Of a DNA stretch of 64,000 nucleotides, positions 1 to 10,900 are shown in pieces. This stretch comes from Cenococcum geophilum (lineage: Eukaryota). A model generated the notes under the pieces. It saw only the letters and a list, made by a program, of their open reading frames with translations, had not been told where the DNA came from and searched no databases. Numbering within the stretch: position 1 is the stretch's first letter; each line of letters begins with the position of its first letter. Both the position numbers and the translations under genes were made by a program. The stretch spans positions 5,890,001-5,954,000 of the forward strand of contig CP158636.1 in the NCBI GenBank assembly GCA_050273025.1. The letters are read 5' to 3'.

Positions 1-1973
1 TAAGGACCTCCACCTTTACCTTATAGTTATTAATTATACCCTCTACTATATTACCTACTACGGCCACTATATATTTAATTAGTCTAATTATAATTATATT
101 AGCCGGGCGGGTTAATTAAAGTAGGTTAAAGTTAGGCGTTAAATTATTATATTTCTTAAGAGCGTAGAGCAGTGCTAATAGAAGATCTTAATTAAGTATA
201 CACTCCTTTATAAGTATTTACAGGATTAAAAAGAGTAAGGTTATATTCTTTAACGCCTTAGCATACACTAATAACTTAATTATATAGGCTAAAATCCTCT
301 TAATATAATTTAGATAAACCACGCTAAATTATCTAAAGTTAATTAAAAAGCTTTTAAAGATAATTAAGCTAAGAGACACCTAGGTTTATAGCAATAATCC
401 TTAAAAAGGTAGTCTCTCTCTATTCTAATATATACTACTACTTATTCTCTTTTATTTTAAAGTAGTATCTTAATATATATATTATGCGGTTAAAATTATA
501 TCCTTTTCCTACTAAATAATTATAATAAAAGGTACTAGTTTGGCCCTTAAGCATAACAGAATAGGCATTATAGTATTAATTAAACTCTATTCCTACCTTT
601 TAGTAATAGTTATAGAAGATACGTAGTTTTAAATTAAAAATATTATATAATTCCCCGCTAAACTTCTTCTCCTAATCTAAGTAGAGCTTTATAAGCTCTA
701 TAAGTAATTTTAAACTACCTCCGATTTAAGATTAAGGTAAAGAAGGTAGGAGTTATATTATAGGCTATAGTAGGGACGCAGGTCTAGTTGGTGGAGTCTA
801 AAGGTTATTAAATTATAAAGTAATAGGATCCTATACCTACTCTTATTGGGGTATAGTATCTAATATTAAGGTTATAGGTTAAATTAGATACAGAGAAGTT
901 AAAGGTAGAGGTAGGTTCGTCTCTAGAGGTATATTACTTAGGTTTTATTATAAGTTAAGCTTCCTTATAGTGCGTAGTTGGTGCTTAATCTCTTATAGAG
1001 TCCATTTATACTCTTCTTTTACGTTAATAACCTGCTCCTAAATATTATCTCTAATAGTACCCCTATCCTTAGGGATAAATACTCTATTCTCCTAAAGGAA
1101 GTTACAGAAGTTCTATATAATATCCTTATTTATAGGGGCCTATATTTCCTTTATCTATCTAATAAAGTCCTCCTTTATATATTCCTATAGCGCGGTATTA
1201 TTATATTTACTATCCTTATAATATATTATATGGTATAATAAAAATCTATTTAAGTCTTGTTTATTAGCGTTTATAAGATTAATTATAGCTTTATTCTATA
1301 TCTTTAGGTTAATATCTTCCTTATACTTCTTTAGGTAGGTTAACGCTATAGTAGGTATAGAATTAACGGGGTGTCGTATATTAAAGGTAGGTAAGATTTT
1401 CGGTTTTATAGGATCTCGTAGGTTTACTATTAAGAGGTAGGCAATTTAAGATATTGTTTAACGCGTTTTAGACGTTATTTAACGCGTTTTAGATATTAAC
1501 TTAGGACCCTAGGTTTAGTAATACTTCTAACCTAAAGTACTTAACTAAATCTTTATAAACGCGGTTGTTCTATATAATAGACGCAACTTAGTATCTCCTA
1601 GTACTTAGTAACACTTCTATTACTAGTTTTCCGTAAGTTTAAGGTAGTATAGTATCGCCGGGATCCATTCCATATAAGCGCATATAGCACCCCTATATAA
1701 GACTATCTCTTCTATTTAAAAACCTAGCTGCTTTATAGTTAACTGTATATTTAACTACTAATTAGTATTAGTTACATAGGGTAACTTACTAATAATAACT
1801 ACTTGAGTAGGGTTACAGTAATGTTAGTTAATAAAGCTTATTAATTGGAATAAGGGAGGGCGAGGAACTTAAGGCTCCTCGCCACGCTAGTACCGCGGCG
1901 ACACGTGATAGCAACTTGCCATTACGTGACGGCAGTTTGCCGTACGTGGCGGCAACTTGCCTTATTCCCAACA
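1..1973 (-). mobile_element. Ty1/Copia LTR retrotransposon A1 (GalEa-like), 5' part: 5' LTR 1766-1973, leader and RIP-degraded gag; continues left of the window
   Basis: Reverse complement of 54607-~56580 (copy A2). The 208-bp LTR ends ...TTCCCAACA at 1973. It interrupts the gag of Copia B. Confidence 0.93.
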
Positions 1974-3672
1974 GTTATAATAGAGGATTATAAGTTATTA
2001 ATTAGGCTAGTTAAGCTGTTAGAGGGTTTAAAGCAGGTATATTAATACACTAGTAACTCCTAGTAGGCGTTAATAAGCTTATTATAAAGAAACTTATCTA
2101 TATATAAATCTGGGTTAAGACCGTGCTAAAGGTATCTTAGTTCTTTAATAAGCAACTATAGGTAGTCTAGGGTTAATTTTCTAGTATTCTTACCTTTGCT
2201 CATTATAGACCTTAAGGTTGTTAAGTTCTATTGCCCTAGTATACTATACCTATACTTAGGTCCCTTAAAGTAATTACGTATAGCGTCGCAGATTTGGTTA
2301 AATAAGAGGGTCATAGTAACGTTCTTAAGGTTAGTGTAGTAACGGTTAAGTGCTAAGCCGCGTAGCATTATAGGGTAGGCTTTAACCTTGGCTTCTTAGG
2401 GTATATTAGCTCTGCTATAGAGGTTATAAAAGATAGTAAGTTTAAAGTTAAAGTTATTATCTTCTTTACTATACTTATTGTCTTCCGTATACATCTTTAC
2501 AAGGTTTATTAACTCCTTATCAAAACCCTAGTTTAATAAGGTAGGTTATATTAACGAGATAGGTTATAGGGTTAGTAAGGTTAAGGTTAGGGTTTTAATA
2601 GTAGTTTATAAGATTAGATTTTTGGTAGTACTAGTACTAGTACTGGCACTGGCGAAGTTGTTCTTAAGGAGGTAGTTAATTCATCCTAAATTAAACTTCC
2701 CTCTAGCTGCTATGTACTCTTTAATCTCAAGCTTAGTCTACTCTGTAGGTTCTTATTCTTATAGGGTGTTAAATAGCGATTCGGGAACTATAGCGTTCCT
2801 ATACTTCCTTACCTATACGCCGTTAGTCTATAGGAGTAATTAAAGCTTTCTAATATATATCTGGTTGTAGTTTTTAAAGATTTATACTATAAAGTTCTAG
2901 AAATCATCCTTATAGGCTTCCTATAGTTCATCGTCTTTAAAGTCATAGACCTTATATTCTAAGGTCTTAAACTATATAAAGTCATCAATATCTGTAATAT
3001 TAATGTCATTAGAGTCTATATCGATTCCTCTGCCCTACTTCTTCTATCCTTCTCTAACTTATTGCCTAATATTCGTTATAGTAGTTTTTGTAATAACGGG
3101 TAAGTTCGTGTAATGGTTATAGGGTTTAAAACGCGTAATAGACGCGAACTAAGGTTCTTTGTCTTATTAAGTTTTAATTTTTAGGTTCTAAAATGTGTAA
3201 TAAATATAAAACTAAGGGCCTATTAGGGGGTTGGTTCCTTAAATACCTAACGCCTTTTAGAGTGCGTAATAGACGCGAACTAAGGGCCTATTAAGGGGTC
3301 GGTTCTTTAAGTACCTAAGGACTATATATAAAGAATTAAGGGCCTATTAGGGGGTTAGTTCTTTAGATACACGTTAACTGATACTTCTTAGCAAATGGGT
3401 TCGGTAGAGGCCTGTAAGCAGGGACTAATTAAGCTCGTCTCTCTTTGTAGGTGGTACGTCTCCTAATCTGTGATTACTAATTAGTGTCAGTATTACTTCT
3501 GGTGATACGTAATGCTATTGCAATAGTATGGGGTGGTAACTGATTTTAATTAATGCTTATTAATTCTCCTATTCTATAGGTGGAATTTAGTGGATTTCCT
3601 AAGCTCGCTTAGCTTACGTAACTAACCCAATTAGTTATAGACAACCTCGTTTAGACAACTAGGTTATTAATA
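1974..3672 (-). mobile_element. Ty1/Copia element B, 5' part: gag fragment, leader and putative 5' LTR 3485-3672
   Basis: The gag region parallels Copia D gag (e.g. 2430-2480 vs 18230-18285). The LTR-like unit TGTCAG...TTAATA is flanked by the CTAATTAGT motif seen next to the other Copia 5' LTRs. Gypsy pol sequence resumes at 3673. Confidence 0.8.
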
Positions 3673-6019
3673 AGGTACTACTTAGTGGCCTATAACTTAG
3701 CAATGGATTATTTATAGAGGGGGGTATAGCTAAGGGCGTTTTCCTTATCTGACTTAATCTTAATCTTATAGTTATACGGTTGGTGCGGTGGAAGTATATT
3801 AAATACTACCTTGGAGAATACGTCCTTAAACTTTCGGTATTAATAGGGTAATTTCTATTCTACTAGCTCCTTATCCATAAGCTCGCTTTCCTATCTACTA
3901 AGCTTACTTTTCTTTTCCTTAAGTATTTAGTTAATTTTATATAAGCTAGTTGTAAAAGCAATAGTATTAGGCTGGACTAAGTTTTGGTAAAATCCTATAG
4001 CGCTAATATAGTAAATATTGACTGGTAGGAGGTCTGTAGGTTTCCTTATAGCTATTTACTAGACCGTATTTTACGGTTTAGGGTTTATAATCTTTCTTAG
4101 CTCCTATTTTATCTTCTATAAGTTATCCCTTTAGTTTATTAGTTTAGTATAGCGTCTAACATTCCTTATTATTCTTCGTGGCTATATAGGGCCTAAGCTC
4201 TCTATAGGGGGCTTTTTTAGGTCATTATTAACTTCCTAGGTCTTTAATGCGGGTAGCGTAGTGTAGGTAGTTTGGGGGCGGCGTAGTATACGGATCTGTT
4301 GCGAATTAAGCTATATATCTTTCTTAAAGGCCTAGTCCCTACGTATAGCATTGGCTTAGTAAATAGTATTAATCTAGGGCCGTATAAGATTTTCTATTAT
4401 AATACTAATTTCTTTTATAAAGAAAGGAGTTAGGGGTAGGGTTTTAGGCTAGATAAGCCGTTTATTCTATACGTTTAGCTATAAGCCTAAATAGGCTAGC
4501 TATTTTCTCCCTAAGATTATATTATAGCTTCTTAAGTCTATAATAAGGAAGGGGACATTATACTACCTTTATCTGTTAATACGAAGGTAAATTTGTAATA
4601 TAGTTATAATGGGTAGTCCTACCTGTCCGTTATACCCATAAATAGGAATTAGCTTAGGCAGTTCTTCTAAAGGCGTATTTAAAAAGTTAGCTAGTTTTGT
4701 AGCATACTTTATATTAATTAAGGTAAAGGTATTTACTCCTAAGTTAGCTAAAGTAGAGGTTAAAACTTAATATCTATTACGGAATAAAGTATAAGGGATA
4801 GTGTAGCCTTTTCTACTAACTAGCTAACCTAGATTAATATATAATATGTCGATTTCTTTTAACCCTAGGGAGGAGTCTTTCCATAGGGTTTCTCTTTTTC
4901 TAACTTTATACTATTCTTCTAAATTAATAGGACCTTATTTATCTTTACTTTTATTAAATAGTTCCTTATAGGGTGGCTAGGTTAACTATACGAGAAGTAA
5001 GCTCCTTAATTGCTAAGGGCCTATATATAGGGGTCGCTATATATAGGCCGGGTATACACCGGACCCGCAGCTAGGGTAGCTACGCGGCTAGCTACTAGGT
5101 TAACTATAGGCTAAGCGGCCGGTGCTATAGGGGTTGGCGATTATACTAGGGCACTATAGGCTATTCTTGTAGTACTTATAGCCTGATTTACGAGGTTTCT
5201 AGTTTTTAGCTAATTGGCGCGTGCCTTAATTTAATAAAGGCCTTAGTTAATAGCTAGGCAATAATCTATAAGTTTTTTTAACGTCTATACTATAGTATAA
5301 GCTAGTAATACGGCCCGCTATAAGTCTAGGGTAAGCTTATTAAAGAGGTTTAGTAGTAGGTCTTCCTAGGAGATTTAGGCCTATCCGGCTAGGTATAGAA
5401 AGCGGGTTTAGAAGGCTAAAAAGGTCTCCGCTGTTTTTATATTTAGACTTTTATAGCTAAGGCAGGCGTTTTATACCCTAAAAGGGTCCTTATATAACGA
5501 AGCCTTATAGCAGGAACTACGGTAGACTTGTTAATAGGCTAGGTATATAGATATAAAATAGTTAATAACGTAAACATAACTAGTGGAGTAGTTGCCTAAT
5601 AGATTAACTCCAATTATATTTTAAGATTTACTATAAAGAGAAGGAAACCATCTATAAAGACCGTACGTCCTTAAATATATAACTCCTCCCTATAGTAAAG
5701 GTTAAGTATATCGGTACGTTAGTACGTTAGTACGCTACATTTCTATATTCCCACATTCCCACGTTCCGAACTCGTAACGTAACTAGCTATATAACTTAGC
5801 TACCCCTTATCCTATAGCTTAATTAGTTCCAGTACCTCCCGTACTATCTTAACTAACCTATTTATATCTGTCCCTAGTAGTTACACTACTACTAATATAA
5901 GGTCCGTAACACCATCTCCCTCCTCTCTATCTTTATTTTTAAAGATATCTCCTATCTCTAAGTCGTCTATTAGAGGTATGGCATTCCCGTCTTTAATTTA
6001 ATAACCTTTATTATTCTTA

Positions 6020-6680
6020 ATACCTCCTATTAAATCTTCTACGTCTAATCGTCGTAACTAGCTAGTGACGTTTATCCTATTACTTAGTAAAATTATACTA
6101 TCTTATTCTTATTATATAGAGAAGAAGTTAGTATATATTACGATTACGTCTCCATCTAGTCGCTAACCTTCCTCTTATACTAAGTATATATAAGCAAACA
6201 TACAGTCTTCCTATAATGTTTAATCCGTCTCTAACGCTAAGTATACGCGTCTTATTATTCTTTATATCCGTCTAGTTCCTTATCTAATCTCCCCTAGGGT
6301 TGCGCGTATTAGTAGCGGCTAAAAAACTAGAGAGTAAGCTAGCCAAGGCCCTAGTTAAAGTGTAGCGTTATTTTAATAAGGCGTCTTAGGCTCTAAAAGC
6401 TTAACTAAATACTTATACTCGCTTAAGCTATCTAATAAAGGTATATAAAAAGGTGCGCTTAAAAGGGCTTTATCTAGTAGAGTAAGGTCTATTTAAGCTT
6501 AAGGCTAAGAAGGCTAAAAGGGGTTCTAATTAAGAAGAGGCGGAAACAACTAATACGCTAGTGGTGGATCCTCTAAATAACTTAGCTCGTTTATCGCCTT
6601 TAACTAATTCCTTTATCTTTGGCTCCTTCTTAATATTACCTAACCTATTTTCTTCTAATACTCCTATACCTTTTCTATAG
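6020..6680 (+). pseudogene. RIP-inactivated antisense accessory gene of Gypsy C: Zn2Cys6-like Cys cluster plus coiled coil, with a putative 55-nt intron at 6243-6297
   Basis: De-RIP reading MPP..SS.SDRRNQLV.FIL.LGEIMPSCSxCxEKKLVC...PSSCxECxxANMQSSCDV. All six Cys positions are TAT (RIP product of TGT). The intron has (G>A)TACGC, a CTAAT branch site and a TAG acceptor. Confidence 0.6.
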
Positions 6681-7131
6681 CATTCTTTAAATTCTATAGT
6701 AGTTCCTAGGTAGTTTAATTATAGCCTATCTACTTAACCTTATACTATATTTTATTATTAATATCCTTATAAGCAACAATCTTTAAAACTTGCCATTAAT
6801 TTTTTTCCTATTCTCTATACGTGTCTGCTTTGTAGACTAGTGGCTTAATATCTCTATATACTAGCTCTAGTATTGCGATATACTATATAGGGTAGATCCT
6901 TATTTTAGCTAGTAGGTTTAACTTAAACGTAACCGGTAAAATCCTTTAAATAATCTTAAAAGGTCCTAGTCTAACGTAGTCTAATTTCTTGCTTAGTTAT
7001 TAACTTTTAAAATTTTTATATAGTAGCTATACTTTATCTCCCTCCTTAAGTTCTAGTCCCTTAGATCTCTTAGCATTATAGTACCTTTTTATTCTTTCTT
7101 ATACTTTCTTTATTAATTCTATAAGGTCTAT
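6620..7131 (-). pseudogene. pol: pol C-terminus of element C (end of integrase and chromodomain)
   Basis: De-RIP WEPxxNLKNAxEKVQEY chromodomain motif near 6650-6715; joins 19610 across TSD TCTAT. Confidence 0.75.
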
Positions 7132-10061
7132 TGTTCGTACTAACTTAATAGCATAAGTGAGTCGTATCCACGGGCACGAAATACATATAGTATCGTATGC
7201 TTGTTTAGATGGTGACTGTCAATTATATAAAGTAGACTACGTAGTCTATATACTGATACACCTCCCCCCTAATTAGTTAGTGCTTTATGAGTGCACCAGA
7301 CGCGTAAGCGAGTGGTTAGTGCACTAAACGCGTAAACGCGTACCTAGTGTACCGAACGCGTAAGCACGCGTTTAGTATAACAGGTGCTGTAATTATATAC
7401 TAGCAGTACTTAAAAAATAAAACCACCTGTATACAGCCTCTGTAATTGCTTTAATAAAACTATAAAACATAAAGGAAAATATATAGGAAATCTCCCCTAA
7501 GGTGCCGTCTAGGCTGCCTTCTAAACGGTACCTTAAGCTGGCCGTAAGTCCTGCTTACGGTCCGTAAAATAAACTATACGGCCTTTTAACGGGCAGTAGA
7601 TAAGCTATAAGTTAGATTTTAAGGGCCGTTAAGGCGCTAGTGCTAAGTAAGCCAATAGCAATTTTCCATGTCTAGTATGGAAAATTGTAATTAGTTAATT
7701 TAACCACTATAGTAGAATATAGCAGAATTCGGTAGGTTACGTAAGTCCACTAAGTTCTATTACAGCTTTTTACCGTTTTTCTACTTAATAGCTTACGGTC
7801 CGTAGAATAGGCTATATAATAAGCCGTACGGCCTTTTAATGGGCCGTAGGCGTACCATAGGTACTCCGTTAGTCCCATTTTACCCATTCTATAACTTTTA
7901 GGTTAAGCTTATTCGTGTTAATTAGGGTTTTAAGGGCTTAATACGGCTTTGCCTTAGTTATGGCGTCTATTAGGTTATCTCCGCTGCTAATCCATTTAAC
8001 CTCTGTAATTTTATATTATTTATAGGCCTAATATAATTATATTAGGTCGACTATAAGCCTCTTCTCTTATACCGTACCTAGTTTAACTAGGTAGTTATAA
8101 AGGGACTTTAAATTAGTGTATAAAACCAGGGGTAACTGCTCTAGTTATAGAATCTTCTGAACCGTTAATTTAATTGCGGCTGCTATATTAAATCCATAAG
8201 CTAGTGTATATAGTTTAGAAGCTAGTACACTACGGGTTACTTATTTACACTTAATTAAAGACTAGTACAGTATATTTACGTCCTAATTATAGTCTATAAG
8301 TATAATTATAAAGCCGATTTATAATAATAGGTCTTTATTATTAGTAAAGGAGGTATCTATAAATGCCAGTAAGCTAAGGGAACTTAGGTCTAGTGGTACG
8401 AAAGTAAGTCCCCTTACTATATTATTAATTTGCCACTAAATGCGCTTATTAAGCTGCTTAATATTTTCTTCTTATAGATCTACTGCCTAGGCCGTAAAGG
8501 ATAAGTCATAGGCAGATTTGGGTTGGTAGACTATAGTAATATAGGCGCCTCTTATACGCTATATAGCGTATTAGTCCTTTATATTTATAGTTTTATAAGT
8601 CTCTTTACGGGAACTAGTAAGGTCCGTAGGCTTTACTATAATAAGCTTTAGGTTTTAAGCTTAGCGTTCCTAGGTTAGCTAGATTAAATTGCCCTTTTAT
8701 ATAATTAAGCCTCCGTTAAACTTAATTAGAGTTTACTTAGTTAACTGCTCTTACGGCTTTACCAGAAACTTAGCTTCTTACAGTTTAGTCTCTTTAGTAT
8801 CCATAAATATCTAGTCTGCTAAGAAGAGGGTATTATCTATTTAGAGTCTAATAATACTAAGGCCGTTTAATAGGCTGTATAGGAGGTAGGGGTTATAGGT
8901 TAACTGTTCTATTTTAAGTTTACTAACGTGGTGCTAGTGGTATATTTTAAACTAATAGTTTCTAGCTTCTAGTACTCTATAAAGAGGTTTTATAACCTAT
9001 AAAATTATTCCTAGTTATAGGTTAAGCTTATAGGGTGGTTGTATAAAGATATCCCTACTTAGGTAGGTATTAGACTATATATAGGCTTATAAGATATCCC
9101 GTAAGTAAAGGGCTATAGATTTAGTTTGCTATAGTCTAGGTATAAGTGCGAGTATAATCCATTAACTAACCCGTTAAATTATAGGCAATTATATAAGGAC
9201 TAGGTCCTTTCCCTAGTTATTATAAGCTTATATAATAAGCCTTAATTTCTTAAAGGCTTTATTAGTATTAGGGTGCTTAATCTTATTAATAAAGCGTAAG
9301 TTAAATATACGGACGCCTTACGGAACGTCTCTCTCCATTATAATTATAAAGACACCCTTTTTAAGTAGTTCGTTAATCTCTTTACGCCATAAGTCCGTAA
9401 AAGGGGTTTCCTATACTAGAACTAATATATCTATAGGTGGAGATTGCTTTGCGGATGTGCCTATAGAGGTTAGGTAGTTCTTTATTACGGGATTCTTATA
9501 GGGGCGTCCTCGGCCATGCTTTACAGCAGGTTTAATAAGTTTAGTAGGTTTCTAAAGGACCTCTAGGGTAGGCAAGAGTGCCTCCAGTTTGTTTAATTCG
9601 GCAGTCGTTTTTAGTTTATCTAGTTTAGCGGTTGCTTCTAGTTTGTCTAGCTTAACATTATAGGTATTTTTAGGCCAAAAGTAGGGTTTTACGGACGTGC
9701 TTTTAAAGCTAGTTAGCCCGCTAGGAAGCTATATATAGTATGTCTTATTTTCTATAGCTAGTAGACGGTAAGGTCTATTTTAACTACCGCTTTTACGCTA
9801 TATAAGGACTTTAGAGTTAGGCGGAGGTTGTATACTAAGGTTGTATTAGGTCCGTTGCGGTAGTATAGGGCATTATTAATAGTTTATTTAGCCCATAATT
9901 TGACTATTTTAGTTATTGCCTTCTATATTATAGCTGCTTATTCCGTAATAGATAGAATAGGGGGGCCTAGGTTACTTATCCTTAGATAGGCTCCGTAAAC
10001 TAAAAGGGTAGGTACTAGTGTAGGAGGGTACGACCACTCTCAGATAGGAAAGTCACAGTGC

Positions 10062-10126
10062 TGTCTGTCTGTCGGTCGGTCGGTCGGTCGGTCGGTCAGT
10101 CGGTCAGTCGGTCGGTCAGTCAGTCG
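10062..10126. repeat. (GTCN)n tetranucleotide microsatellite inside the F LTR (second copy 15944-15988)
   Basis: GTCT/GTCG/GTCA units; the left LTR has five more units (20 bp) than the right. Confidence 0.95.
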
Positions 10127-10469
10127 TAATCAATTAGTAGGAAAGCAGTCAGTAAGAAGAAAGGAAAGAATGTATTCCCGGTCAGTCGTGGTAAAGAGAA
10201 GGAGAGAAGCCGAAGGCTCGATATATACAGGAAAATGCCAAGGCGCTAAGCAGTGGCCCATTTTACCCCACCATATACCTCCCCCACTAAGAACGTTGTC
10301 CCCTAACGTTCTATACTATAGAAGAATAGCTAAACAAAAGTAAAGCAAAAGCAGAATAGAAAAAAGGAAAGTACACCCCTAAAAGAACTCAGATAACCCT
10401 ATCCTTAGCTCTCCTATAGAACTGTTCTATAGTGCCCCTCTATTACCCATAGCTAAGATCCAACCTAGT

Positions 10470-10900
10470 AACTAGGACAGCAGTAAACTAGAAACAATAA
10501 CGGTAGCAGTAACAGTAGCAACAGCAGTAATAGCAGTAATAGCAGTAACAGCAGCAACAGTAACGGTAGTAGCAATAGTAATACGGCAGACAGTCAGCGC
10601 GGTAGAATACTCGGTAGAAGAATTCGGTAACAGTTAGTAAACAATAGGACATCTAGCAGCAGAACTTTTAGTAGCAGAAATCTCGGTAGCGGCAGACAGT
10701 CGGTAGCAGTCAGTTAGTAGCAGTTAGTTAGTAGCAGTTAGTTAGTAGCAATAGAACAATCAGAATAATAGAACGGAACAGTCAGAATAGCAATAGCAGT
10801 AGTGGCAGCGGTAGAACAGCTGGTCGGCAGCAGTAGAATAGATTAGTTAGAATAGCAGTATAGAACGGCATAACGGACCTAGCAGATCCAGCAGTAAATA
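10470..10900. repeat. Low-complexity (AGC/AGT/AAC)n and GTAGCAGTTAGTTA tandem repeats in the 3' region of F
   Basis: Directly visible repeats such as AGCAGTAATAGCAGTAATAGCAGTAACAGCAGC. Confidence 0.8.
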
